The position numbers and the translations under genes are program-made. From the human T2T-CHM13v2.0 reference genome, Homo sapiens, in NCBI RefSeq assembly GCF_009914755.1, contig NC_060927.1: DNA of 64,000 nucleotides; one strand, 5' to 3'. Under the pieces are notes generated by a model, which saw nothing but the letters and a program-made list of their open reading frames with translations, was not told the origin of the DNA and made no database searches. Shown in pieces: positions 1 to 19,937 of the stretch (its first letter is position 1; every line of letters begins with the position of its first letter).

Positions 1-180
1 CTTTCAGAGATAAGCCCTCCTAGTCCTTGTTTCTGCACTGGACAACCTTTGAATATATAGCAACCACCACAATTGAGCCACAAGGAGCAGCCAGTGTACA
101 GCAAGGATTTCTGGTCTCATAGCAAAACATTATTTCTGTTTAAAGAGGGCCAAGTTTCCCAGGTTTTGATTTTTTTAAAA

Positions 181-483
181 TTTATTTCTTTTATTTTTGA
201 GACACAGTCTCATTCTGTCACCCAGGCTGGAGTATAGCGGTATGTTCTTGGTTCACTGCAACCTCCACCTCCTGGGTTCAAGTGATTCTTTTGCCTTAGC
301 CCCCTGAGTAGCTGGGATTATAGGCGTACGCCACCACACCCAGCTGATTTTTGTATTTTCAGTAGAGATGGGGTTTTGTCATATTGCCCAGGCTGTTTTC
401 AAACTCCTGGGCTCAAGTGATCCATCCACCTAGGCTTCCCAAAGTGCTGGGATTACAGGTGTGAGCCACTGTGCCTCGCCTGG
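181..483 (-). mobile_element. Alu SINE, AluJ-like (AluJb)
   Basis: T-rich tail, then gagacacagtctcattctgtcacccaggctgg through cccaaagtgctgggattacaggtgtgagccactgtgcc. The segment ctcctgggctcaagtgatcc is J-type. Confidence 0.92.
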
Positions 484-529
484 TTTGGAATTATTTATAA
501 TTTATTGGTAGACTAGTTAGGGTAATAAG

Positions 530-820
530 GCAACAAAGAAGGAAAAGAAGGTGTCTGAAGAGCAAGGAGAAACAAGGAAGAGGGAAGAGCTGAGCAGAAA
601 GCAAGAAAAGAAAAGGAAGGTGAAAAGGAAAGATAGAGAAAGAAATACATTACTATAAAGAATAGGTGCCCATCGTGGATAAATAACTGTAAAGGTGCAT
701 GCAGCCTTAGAAAAGGTAAGCCGAGGGTGGAGGGAAAATATAGAAAATATAGAGAAATAAATATAGAAAAAATATAGGGAAATTAAGAACCAGTAAAGAA
801 TTAGAAAGCAACTAAAAAAG
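530..820. repeat. GA/A-rich low-complexity region
   Basis: Purine-rich run with repeated aaaatataga-like units at about 735-780. Confidence 0.7.
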
Positions 821-1704
821 GCTGGTTAAAATTTTATATGATGTTTTGCATTCCTGATGTACCTTTTAATTTTAAGCAAGTTGAGTGCTGCCTCTATGGT
901 ATTCAAATGGAAATGAAGGCAAGCATTGCACATATTCCCAGCTGTGCCCTCGTACATCTCACTCCGGGTTCCTCATTTACAATGAGCATCAAGCTCAATT
1001 TTCAGAGCAAAACACATCTCTTGTGCACCATAATGCACCCTCCCTTCCTATTGCACTTCCACTCTTTGGTGAGTTTTATTAGACATATTAAAATCTCAGG
1101 ATGCTCTTATACCCAACCATAGTTAAAAAAAAAAAAATGACCCAAAGTTGGGTTTTTCTTAGAGGGAAAGCAAGGTAACTAACAAAAGCCTCACTTTTCC
1201 GCTAAAGCCAACAACTTCCATTCTGATTCTTACCACTTAGCACCTCCAAAAAGGCACTGAAATACTACTAGGGCTTAGTTTCATTGTGTGAATTCCAATA
1301 GTCTTAGGTGCAGTTTTGATTCTTTTGAGCCCCCTGGTGACAGGGGCTGGGTGGTGGGGGAAGATACATTATTTCCTCTAAGACCTGCTTTTGATGGCAA
1401 AGTGTAAAAAAATGACATTTTCAGTAAGGGAAGAGTGGCTGGAGATTGAGCACATAAATACAGCTTGACAATGGAGGAGTCTGAAAGATACCCACTAAGG
1501 TTTGGGGACTATTGTGTAGCCATGAGAATATCACTTGGGGGCCAACATCTGCTACTGAACCCTGTATTATTTGACTAAATAATCCTGGAGTTTGTGTAAG
1601 ACCAACATTAATACAATTAATAATTCAAATATTTTAATTTTGTTTTGGGAAATAAGAAAATGAACTAAAGTAAGTGAAAAAACTCAGTTCATTTTGTTAT
1701 TTAA

Positions 1705-1975
1705 GTGTGGCACAGTAGTTAAGAATTTAGATCCTGGAATCGGGTTGCATGGATTCAAATTTCACTTCCATTATTTGCTACTTCTATAACTTTGAGACAA
1801 ATTAGTTAACCTTTGCAAATCTCAGTTTTCCCAACTATAAGAGGGGATAAGCATATATATATTTCATGAGCTATTATAAGGATGAAATGAGTTAATAAAA
1901 TACATAAAATATTGGCTGCCATCTAGGAAGCACTCATGAAATATTAGTTGATGCTCTCCTTGTTAGTGCTGTTAT
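1705..1975 (+). mobile_element. MIR SINE
   Basis: ggattcaaat...ttaacctttgcaaatctcagttttcccaactataagaggggataa...gatgaaatgagttaata matches the MIR core and 3' end. Confidence 0.8.
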
Positions 1976-2009
1976 TATAAGAGAAATGTGTGCACCCTAC
2001 ATTGAGTCA

Positions 2010-2870
2010 TAGATACAATATAGGTTAAAGACAAGAGCGGCTTTTCCATAAATGACAGATGCTAGGATATAAAGGTCAATGATAGGATTCCTGCCATCAA
2101 TGACCCAAGATCTAATGGGAAAAACAAATCGGAAGCAAAGAACCACAGTATGGTGTGATAAGCATTGAACATTAATTATTTGAACACACCAACAAAGAGC
2201 CTGATCAAGATGAGCTATGGAGCAATTAGGTACGTTTCACAGAGGAGATGGACACTGAAAAGTGAGAATGAGTTTAATGGTAAGAGAAAAGGTTGGGGAG
2301 GGGACTCCAGGCACGGCATGGGCAAAGGCATAGGGGAACAAAGTAGGTTGGAACATCATAAATAGCTCTGTGTGGCTAGACTGTGAGGGTCATGAACACA
2401 GAGGTGGACAGAGTTGCTTTGGATGACACCAGAAAGTAAATTAAGGCCAAATTATGAAGAATCTTGAGTGCTATGCTTATGCTTTTGTTTCTCTGTAGGC
2501 AGTAGGGGGTGAAATAATTACATTTATGTTTTAGAAAGATCACTGGAGGTATACATTGTGATATTAAGAAACTGGTGGTTGTCTTCAGGTTGGGAGAGAA
2601 AAGAAAAAAAAAGAAACTGGAGGCATGGAGGTCATTTAGTAGTCTACTGTAATGGTCCAACCAAGAGTTCATTAGGGTCTAACTAAGTTAGCAGTGGTGG
2701 AAAAGAAGAGAGAGATTTCAGAGATATATACATGAAGCGGTGGTGAGGGCCATTGTGCAGGACAGGCTCACTGTGGGAAGAAGTGGAAAGTATTGAGGTG
2801 TTTGAGTTTCTACTCCAGACACTTGAATGGTTTGCCCTACCATTAGCCATATTAAAGAAGGAGAAGCATG
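2010..2870 (-). mobile_element. L2 LINE fragment
   Basis: Degenerate antisense L2 motifs: ctgccatcaatgacccaagatctaatggg, ggcaaaggcatag, tttatgttttagaaagatcactgg, gtggtggaaaagaagagagagatttcagagatat. Boundaries approximate. Confidence 0.65.
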
Positions 2871-3639
2871 TGCCTGGGAATTTCCCCCAAGGGACATCCT
2901 GTTAAAAGATAAAACCGAAACTCAGGGTCAGTAAGATCAGATCTGAGCACTTCTATTGTGAGAGAAGCAAAGTCAGCTCTCTACATTGTTATCAACTCAA
3001 GAAAAATAGCAACCCCCTCAGAGTTTTGTCTAGTTGCTTGTCTGAAGTGGAGATTCTGACCAAAAGGTAAAGTCTAAGAATAAGGAAGGGATAATGAGTT
3101 CTTCAAGGTCAAGATCAATGGACTGGGAATATTCATGGAAGCTGGAGAAGGGTGTGGCATGTCAAGTATGTAAAGACAGTTTGGACGTCTTATTTAAGAA
3201 GGGTTAGAGGGAGAAGGAAGAAAGGGGGGTTCTATAATTTGGGGACATGAAGTATGTAATATGATTGTAAGCCCCTCCATGGGAGATGCAGATGCAGAGC
3301 TGGGATGCTGCTGAGAGCAGTGGTGCCCCTCTGGGTTTCCACCACTGCATGGACACACTGTCATTGACAGGTACTCATATGCTTTGCTAGGTCCATTTTT
3401 CTACCCCTGGGACTTGTCTCATTACCAAATTGAAAACAGCTGGGTCAAGGATTCATGCAACATTCCTGTCCTGGTATTCCAAGGTTGCCCATATGCCATT
3501 TACTTTTCTCCTAGACATTATGGAGGTGGGATGGATTTCATGAAACTCTATTGGGCTGATCAGACTAAAGAAGGGTCTGGTCTATCTTTAACTCTTTGCT
3601 GACACAGTTGACTGAAATTACTAGGTAACAGCTAAGAAG

Positions 3640-3805
3640 AGGCACAGAGCATGAACATTAGGAGTTAGACATTCTGAACGGCTGTTCCTATCACTTACTT
3701 GTGTGACTATAGGCAGGAAACTGTACCTCGGTTTCCTTTTCCACAAAACGGAGATAGGAATGGTAAATATGTCATAGGCTGTTGTGGGATAATACATGTA
3801 AGGGG
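3640..3805 (+). mobile_element. MIR SINE, 5' part (split by L1 insertion)
   Basis: tgtgactataggcaggaaactgtacctcggtttccttttccacaaaacggagatagg...gttgtgggataatacatgtaa. The element resumes at 9942. Confidence 0.75.
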
Positions 3806-4833
3806 TGAATTGTTCCAAGATGGCCAAATAAGAACAGCTCCAGTCTACAGCTCCCAGCATGAGCAACGCAGAAGACAAGTGATTTCTGCGTTTCCAACTG
3901 AGGTACCAGGTTCATCTCACTGGGGCTTGTCGGACAGGGGGTGCAGGACAGTGGGTGCAGCACACCGAGTGTGAGCCGAAGCAGGGCGAGGCGTCGCCTC
4001 ACCCGGGAAGTGCAAGGGGTCAGAGAATTCCATTTCCTAGTCAAGGGAAGCTGTGACAGACAGCACCTGGAAAATTGGGTCACTCCCACCCTAATACCAC
4101 ACTTTTCCAATGGTCTTAGCAAATGGCACACCAGGAGATTATATCCTGGGCCTGGCTCAGAGGGTCCCACACCCACAGAGCCTCACTCATTGCTAGCACA
4201 GCAGGCTGAGATTGAACTGCAAGGCAGCAGCAAGGCTGGGGGAGGGGTGCCCACCATTGCTGAGGCTTGAGTAGGTAAACAAAGCGGCTGGGAAGCTTGA
4301 ACTAGGTGGAGCCCACCGCAGCTCAAGGAGGCCTGCCTGCCTCTGTAGACTCCACCTCCGGGGGCAGGGCATAGCCAAACAAAAGGCAGCAGAATCCTCT
4401 GCAGACTTAAATGTCCCTGTCTGACAGCTTTGAAGAGAGTAGTGGTTCTCCCAACATGGAGTTTGAGATCTGAGAACAGACAGATATGCCTCCTCAAGTG
4501 GGTCCCTGACCCCTGAGTAGCCTAACTGGGAGGCACCCTCCAGTAGGGGCAGACAGACACCTCACATGGCTGGGTACCCCTCTGAGATGAAGCTTCCAGA
4601 GGAACGATCAGGCAGCAACATTTGCTGTTCAGCAATATTTGCTGTTCTGCAGCCTCCGCTGCTGATACCCAGGCAAACAGAGTCTGCAGTGGACCTCCAG
4701 CAAACTCCAACAGACCTGCAGCTGAGGGTCCTGACTGTTAGAAGGAAAACTAAAAAACAAAAAGGACATCCACACCAAAACCCCATCTGTACGTCACCAT
4801 CATCAAACACCAAAGGTAGACAAAACCACAAAG
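3806..4833 (+). promoter_or_regulatory. L1 5'UTR internal sense/antisense promoter with YY1 site
   Basis: caagatggcc YY1 motif at 3816-3825 and a complete ~1.03-kb 5'UTR upstream of the ORF1 ATG. Many CpGs have decayed to TpG/CpA. Confidence 0.75.
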
Positions 4834-5849
4834 ATGGGGAAAAAACAGAGCAGAAATTCTGAAAATTCTAAAAATCAGAGCGCCTCTCCCCCTCCAAAGG
4901 AACACAGCTCCTTGCCAGCAATGGAACAAAGCTGGATGGAAAATGACTTTGACGAGTTGAGAGAAGAAGGCTTCAAACGATCAAACTTCTCCGAGCTAAA
5001 GGAGGAAGTTTGACCCCCTGGCAAAGAAGCTAAAAACTTTGAAAAAAGATTAGACGAATGGCTAACTAGAATAACCAGTGTAGAGAAGTCCTTAAATGAC
5101 CTGATGGAGCTGAAAACCATGGCACGAGAACTATGGGACGAATGCACAAGCTTCAGTAGCCGATTTGATCAACTGGAAGAAAAGGTATCAGTGATTGAAG
5201 ATCAGATGAATGAAATGAAGCAAGAAGAGAAGTTTAGAGAAAAAAGAGTAAAAAGAAATGAACAAAGCCTCCAAGAAATATGGGACTGTGTGAAAAGACC
5301 AAATCTACATCTGATTGGTGTACCTGAAAGTGATGGGGAGAATGGAATCAAGTTGGAAAACACTCTGCAGGATATTATCCAGGAGAACTTCCCCAATCTA
5401 GCAAGGCAGGCCAATATTCAAATTCAGGAAACACAGAGAACGCCACAAACATACTCCTTGAGAAGAGCAACTCCAAGACACATAATTGTCATATTCACCA
5501 AAGTTGAAATGAAGGAAGAAATGTTAAGGGCAGCCAGAGAGAAAGGTCGGGTTACCCACAAAGGGAAGCCCATCAGACTAACAGCTGATGTTTCAGCAGA
5601 AACTCTACAAGCCAGAAGACAGTGGGGCCAATATTCAACATTCTTAAAGAAAAGAATTTTCAACCCAGAATTTCATATCCAGCCAAACTAAGCTTCATAA
5701 GTGAAGGAGAAATAAAATCGTTTACAGACAAGCAAAGACTGAGAGATTTTGTCACTGCCAGGCTTGCCCTACAAGAGCTCCTGAAGGAAGCACTAAACAT
5801 GGAAAGGAACAACTGGTACCAGCCACTGCAAAAACATGCCAAATTGTAA
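4834..5849 (+). pseudogene. L1 ORF1p (RNA chaperone) remnant
   Basis: ATG GGG AAA AAA CAG at 4834, in-frame TGA at 5011-5013, frameshift near 5622. ORF-track pieces 5104-5691 and 5622-5849 (…KRPNLHLIGVPE…, …QPLQKHAKL). Confidence 0.93.
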
Positions 5850-5912
5850 AGACCATCGAGGCTAGGAAGAAACTGCATCAACTAACAAGCAAAATAACCA
5901 GCTAACATCATA

Positions 5913-9731
<3,819 letters not shown>

Positions 9732-9941
9732 ACCATGAGAACACATGGACACAGGAAGCGGAACATCACACACAGCCTGTTGTGGGTTGGGGGGCTGGGG
9801 AAGGGATAGCATTAGGAGATATACCTAATGTAAATGATGAGTTAATGGGTGCAGCACACCAACGTGGCACATGTATACATATGTAACAAACCTGCACGTT
9901 GTGTACATGTACCCTAGACCTTAAAGTATAATAATAAAAAA

Positions 9942-10020
9942 AATTCATGTAAGGGGCTTGGCACAGGATCTAGCCCCTAGAAAATGCTTAGAAGAAGTAG
10001 CTGTTGTTCTTGTTGTGGTA
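9942..10020 (+). mobile_element. MIR SINE, 3' part
   Basis: catgtaaggggcttggcacaggatctagcccctagaaaatgctta continues the MIR interrupted at 3805. Confidence 0.65.
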
Positions 10021-12330
10021 GTGGTATTAATAGATATTGTTGTCTTTGCTACTCAGGCCTCCTGAATAAAAGATTTAACTGTGAAGATTTCCAGCAAAAG
10101 AGTTATGTTTTACCTTACCTCACCTGTGATTTTTCTTGTGATTTCTGATTCCAGTGGAGGCTTGTTTATGATGGAGGTTTTGGACTTAAGAGTGGGGATG
10201 TTCTGGCTGCAGAGATAAAATGTGTGGCTGGTGTTTACATGTATCTGACAATTTAGATATACATTTTGGAGTGTATAAGTATGCTGAAAACATTATGTTC
10301 TTTGAAAAATAAACAAGAATAAGCAAGTACCTGTTCCAGACACAAATGCAGATCTACATCCTGTACTTTATGTTTGGCACAACTTCCCTTGAGTTTGAAG
10401 TACTTAGCTCTGCCAAGATGTAAGCTAATTTCAGGCTACGGATAAGAGTCCATTAGAAACTAGATTGAAAATGAATACACAGACTGATTTCTTTTGACCT
10501 AAGCTGCAAGCATACTGACATCCTTTGGTAGGAAGACAGATGTAATAGCTTATCAAGGCATCTGGCCTTTCTTCCCTAAGGCTTCACTCTGGGTGCCCTG
10601 CCTGGGCAATTAGGGATTTATCAGAGTCAAATGCACATCCCCAGAAAAGCTATCCTTTCAAGTGGATTCGCTTTTTAAAATTCTAGTGTTACTGGGTGGG
10701 GAGTCTTCTCAATGTCAGACTGAACAAGTTACATGGGAAAAAAGAGGGACATTTTATCACGGAATATGAAGTAGTTGTAGGAGCTTTATATGTTGGTATG
10801 AAACCATAAATGGTTGAAAAACAAATCCCAGACTCTCAGGGGTCTGAGCGAGAAGTGGAAAACCTAAAACCTGAAAACCATTGTGGTTATTTCACAGTTA
10901 AATAAACAGAATGATATGATGCCAGAAGTGCATCTCCTTCCCTCACTTTTCAGTGTCCCAAGCTACGAGGAACTCTAGGCAGAATTGTGGCCTAATCCCA
11001 GCTTGCCATTAAAGACCATGCTTGGTGTGCACCATGGGTCAGCAGTGAGATCTCAGGGTGAGTCTCCACATTGCTGCTCTTTGATGTGCTCAGGCTTCAG
11101 TGGGAAACCTGGAAGGGAAGGAGCCTTAATGGGAATGCATTCTCTTGATGCAAGGAGCATATTCTCCCCATGAACATCATTTACAAAATCACAAGTATAC
11201 TTTGACAATAAGGGGGGAATGCATAGAACATATATTTAATATATTTAAAGAACTGTAAAACTCCTCTATGCAATAATCCAGAAGAACATTTAACCCAGCC
11301 AAAGCAAATATTTTTGTGGAGTGATATCTTGGAAAGAATCCTTAGAAGGCAACAACAAAGTTTTGCAAAATTGATGGATAGGTACCTACAACACAATTCA
11401 TTCAAAACATGAAATTCTAATGGTTGATTCTGAACTTCCCCCCCGCCACCACCTTACCACCACATTGGCTTTGACTATTCATAGGGAAAGATGGTTTCTA
11501 AGATGTTTTGAGAAGGCTTCCTCCCAAGACATGAATTTCCCTAACTGCCAATGCCTAGACTTCCTTAGCACAGGATAAAGCTCTTCATTCCTTGTTGAGG
11601 ATTAGGCCTTACAAGGCAAGGACTTGGGAGAGGTAATATTTGAGCTTGTATTCACACAAGATACAAGTGAATCAGACTTATTCCTGAGAGCAGAAAGAGA
11701 TGGGAACAAAAGCCTAAGGCCAACAAAGGTATCTCCACCATGAAGCGTGGAAGGCAGGCAGCGGGTGAAAAGGGAGTTGGAGACACAAAATTATCATAGT
11801 AACAGCCAATATGTAGAATCTACACTAGGTAATATTCATGTATTATATAAAACATATGGAGTTTGGGAAGAGGATCTGAAGTTATTGTAACACCATGTAT
11901 TTTAGTAATTAAAAGCAAAAAGAGATTTATAACCCTTTTCTTTATATTAACCATTAAAAAGCACTTGCAATTGGTTACTTTAATAATTTTGCACCAGTAA
12001 ATCTGTTGCTTCAGGCTATCTATCACCAACATCCAGCAGACAGTACAGAATTATTAACCATGTGCACTGAAAACATGGAAAAATAGCCAAAGAAGATTGT
12101 TTCACCAACACTAATATATCACTAAAATTAAAATTAAAACAGCTTTGGGATATATAACAGTTGCCAAAACTATTGTTTAAGCCCACAATTGGAAGCAGAT
12201 TTGATCTACAATCTCTACAAATAACTGAAACCTTATTTTCATTTGGAGCAGTTAACACTCTGTAAGACCATATTATATTATAGACCATATTAAGACCAGA
12301 TGCTATTAATAATAAATTCACAGATTTGTT

Positions 12331-12391
12331 GTATACACACACACACATACACACACATACATATATATGTACATGCACATATATATCTATA
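12331..12391. repeat. (CA)n/(TA)n microsatellite
   Basis: tacacacacacacatacacacacatacatatatatgtacatgcacatatatat. Confidence 0.85.
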
Positions 12392-13169
12392 TTTCACTTC
12401 TATTTTTACTTTTTAAGTGAAAAAACTTCTTCCCTAGTCTCAGAAGAGAATCAAGTCAAAAATACGTCTTAATAATGCATTATCTTGTTTTTTGCTAAAA
12501 ATGAGTAAATATCTTAATTTTAAAAGGAAAGTTGACAGAAAGACAATGGGTAAGCTAGGAAGCTGCTACTGCATGACACATAAAAAGAGAAGAAAATAAT
12601 TTTAGTTTCTTGCTGAGACGGATTAAAGTAAATCACTAGAAAAATAATGTTTTTCTCTGGTCAAATCTGTTATTCACCATTGGGCTGAAGTGCATGCTTG
12701 CGTGCATGACTATGTTAAAAAGAAATTAAATATTTAAAATTTTAAAAGGGGAAGAATTCATGGTTAACACTAGAATTATATTGAAAACTGCACCTTGATT
12801 TTGGAATCAGTGGTTTAAAATCAGGAAAGTGAAAGAAAATTGGCAACAATACTATTGGGAAGAAGTTGTCTTAGAGCAGAAGAGAAAGGCAAAGAGGAAA
12901 AGAGTAGCAAGAATATGTTGTAAAACAGGTTCTGAAATTATCATGAAGACTACGGAAAGTGCACAGCATGGAAACAGAATTAGCATCAATTTGGCGGAAA
13001 ATAACATAATGAAAGTTAATTGGATGCTTGTGGCTAATGTAACACTCAGGCTGTTTTGGCCTATCATTCTAGGAGATCATGATGACAGCTTAAACAACTG
13101 TTGTATATGAACTGATATTTTTCCTGACACCACACTATCGACATCCTAAAAGCAGGGCAGGTAGACTAT

Positions 13170-13285
13170 TTCATTCATTCTCTCCTTCACTCACTAACTC
13201 ACCCACTCATTCATTCATGAAATACCAGTTGAGAATATATCAAGACCATTAGTATATGCTAGATATTGTGGTAGACATGAAAAAT
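13170..13285 (-). mobile_element. L2 3' end fragment
   Basis: tcattcattc…cattcattcatgaaaataccagttgagaatatat…atgctagatattgtgg. Confidence 0.5.
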
Positions 13286-13680
13286 TTGTTACACTCATAT
13301 ATATCTTTAAAGTACATACGGTGAGTTTCATCAAACCTAGATGTAGTTCATGATAAGGCATACTATTACTTTATGTACATCTAAGAAGAAAAACGCTGTT
13401 AATTATATTTGTGACACCACTGATTATGAGACACATCTTGACTTCAAAAATGCTAAAGTGTGAAAAAACGTGCAGCTGGAATAAATGGATACCCACACAA
13501 AATAATAAAAATCCAGGGTTCAATAATAATGTCAAGCCATTATACATACTGGCCTCTGGATATTTCATGTATGGCTAGTATGTTATTTGCTGTCATTGGG
13601 GAAAAATTCAAAAGAGTATTTTGAAATCTTTCAAACAAAATATTCTTTTTATGCTTACAAATTAAAAGATAATTCATGCT

Positions 13681-14078
13681 CTACTACTCAGCCGTAAAAA
13701 AGAAAGGAATTAATGGCATCCGCAGGAACCTGGATGGAACTGGAAACTATTATTTTAAGAGAAGTAACTCAGGAATGGAAAACCAAACGTCGTATGTTCT
13801 CACTCATAAGTGGGAACTAAGCTATGAGGACAAAAAAGCATATGAATGATACATTGAACATTGGGGAGTCAGGGCAAAGGCTGGCAGGTGGGTGAGGGAT
13901 AAAGACTCCAAATTGGGTCCAGTGTATACTACTCGGGTGATAGGTGCACCAAAATCTCACAAATCACCACAAAAGAACTTACTCATGTAAGCAAATACCA
14001 CCTGTTTCCCAAAAACCTATGGAAATAAACAATTAAAAAAACTTTTGACTGAATTTATGCAAAAAAAAAAAAAAAAAA
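13681..14078 (+). mobile_element. 5'-truncated L1PB1-like 3' end with short 3' extension and poly(A)
   Basis: gaagtaactcaggaatggaaaaccaaac…ggtgcaccaaaatctcacaaatcaccac…cccaaaaacctatggaaataaa. TSD aaaagataattcatgc (13664-13679) / aaaaggtaattcattc (14075-14090). Confidence 0.9.
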
Positions 14079-14136
14079 GGTAATTCATTCCCTTTTAAAA
14101 TTCTGTGTCAAGCAACTTTTAGTCACTGGGTGGAAT

Positions 14137-14280
14137 CAGAGCCAAGACTAGAGTTAGGCAAGGGAGACATCCTGTCTCTCAGGATCGTGCAAGTGCTGAG
14201 CATTTGTATGAGCCCGAGAGTGAGTGCTTCCTTAGATTTTGCATCCTAGGTACCTTGTTTGCCTCCCCCAGTCCTGATCG
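14137..14280. mobile_element. MER91A-like palindromic hAT MITE
   Basis: cagagccaagactagagttaggcaag…ctctcaggatcgtgcaagtgc / gcatttgtatgagcccgagag…ttgtttgcctcccccagtcctg shows internal inverted symmetry. Confidence 0.75.
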
Positions 14281-14332
14281 TGGGTGAAGTAACAACTTTG
14301 CAATTGTTTTTAATATTTTACCCTTGGATCTT

Positions 14333-14816
14333 CTGGACTGCTGACTTTTTCATTTTTCCCTCTACATCTACTCTACCCCCTTTTCTCTACATTATCCTGG
14401 GCTCTGGAATGCAGACCAATGCAGATGGCATCAATTGGGTTATCGTGCTCTTTGGTCTTGAATAGGTTTAGCCAATAGGAAGTACTGGCAGGATACTGGA
14501 AGGAGAGAGGAGAGTGAGACAGGGTATCTATTTCTTCCTTCCTGCCAGGTCACCAGGCTTGTCTGTGTTCTTCTATCAAAGCCTCAGCTCCTTAATCCCT
14601 CTCTATCTACCCCACCCAGCTACCCTCTCTGGGTTCTGGTTAATATTCCCATTTGGGTATAGGGTGGTAACTGCTCTCCATTGATTCCAGTCCTGGGGTA
14701 CTGCACTATTCCTTGTTTTCTAAAACCAGCTCTTATAATAGTTCCTTGCTAAGTTCCTTTAATTTACTCAGCTTGAATGTGCCATTGTTTTTCCTACCTG
14801 GCATCAGACTAGTGTA
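14333..14816 (+). mobile_element. LTR33-like ERVL solo LTR
   Basis: gccaataggaagtactggcaggatactggaaggagagaggagagtgag…agggtggtaactgct…ttgaatgtgccattgtttttcct. Confidence 0.7.
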
Positions 14817-15399
14817 GAAAGCTATTCACATTAGTAAGCATGCAGCAGTAAAAAGGTTTCACTTAAACTGGAAACTAAGTTTTCAGGGACTTGAAATTTC
14901 TTAAGAAATCCATAAATATAATAAATCTTAAACATAGCTTTGTTTCCAGCCTTAATGTTAGAATTGTGTCTTTAAATGTTTCTCTAAGGTACCTGAATAT
15001 TCATGTACAACTCGACATAGACTGTTCCTATTCCTAGGCTGGATCAGGTTTTCACAAGAAATTCACATACAGGTTGTGGCATCTGACAATGGCAGATGTC
15101 AGGAGTGCAGATCATATCATAAGATATAGTAGGACCTACACAGGAGGAATGAAAGTGCTCCTGAACAGAATCCACTTATGATGCCTTAAATCAAAATATG
15201 CTTTATTAAATGCTCCAACTTAAACCTATGAATTCCATACAGATGTTAAGAGTTCTCAGAAGTCTTTCTAGAAGCTGAAATTCTACCCTAGTGAGGTACA
15301 TCTCACCATCTCAGATGGAGAAATCTAGATTCTACTGGCCTTCCTGATGATTACCTTGGTGAAACAGTTCATTTTCATGGTGAAAACACCAGTCTCAGA

Positions 15400-15520
15400 A
15401 CTGTAAGTGGAAGGAAGCTCAGATGATCGCACCCTACCATGTCATTTTAAAGATAAGAACACTGAGACCCACAAAGATTAGCTAATTTGAGAGAAGTTAC
15501 ACTGGTAATAAGAAACAGAA
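15400..15520 (-). mobile_element. MIR fragment
   Basis: tcattttaaagataagaacactgagacccacaaag…aagttacac. Confidence 0.55.
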
Positions 15521-15699
15521 GAATTAAACAGTTTTTTTAAAAAAATTTAATTTGGCATGCTGCCTACCTCAACGAATAAAAAGGAAGAAATTATAAAAAT
15601 TTAAAAATCCTTTGGCATGAATAGACTTTTATGAGAAGATTTAAGTGTAGAAATTATTGGAATATACTTATTGCTCGAGATGTCCATATATAACAATGT

Positions 15700-19375
<3,676 letters not shown>

Positions 19376-19723
19376 TGTTTTACAAGCTTAGTTTTATTTT
19401 AAAAGCAATAATGTCTATGAAATCTTGTTGATATGCTAGCTAATGTGTTAATACCTCTTAACACTCAGGGTACTATAGGATTCATTGGGCCTATTTTAGT
19501 TTTGGGGTTTCTCTTTTGAGTAGTTCTACTTGTAAGTAAGTATTGATATTTTATGACTTTTTAAATTATTTCCCATAAATCTTTCAAAACACATAGAGAA
19601 AGCTTACTTATTTAAAACGGAGAATAATACTCATTTTGTTTTGTAATTCACATAGATCCAGTGGACTGTTTTTGAAATCTAAGATACATTATAGGATCAC
19701 TAAGATTTTATTTTTCCTGTATC

Positions 19724-19937
<214 letters not shown>

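Noticed and set aside
838-1122. 94-aa ORF with a nearby + strand donor TTG|GTGAGT (GT 1069)
   Set aside because: No recognisable homology, and isolated splice-like motifs are too common to support a gene.
3318-3340. CTCF-like motif on the minus strand (acccagaggggcacc)
   Set aside because: Core spacing is off by one G and the leading CC is absent, so the match is weak.
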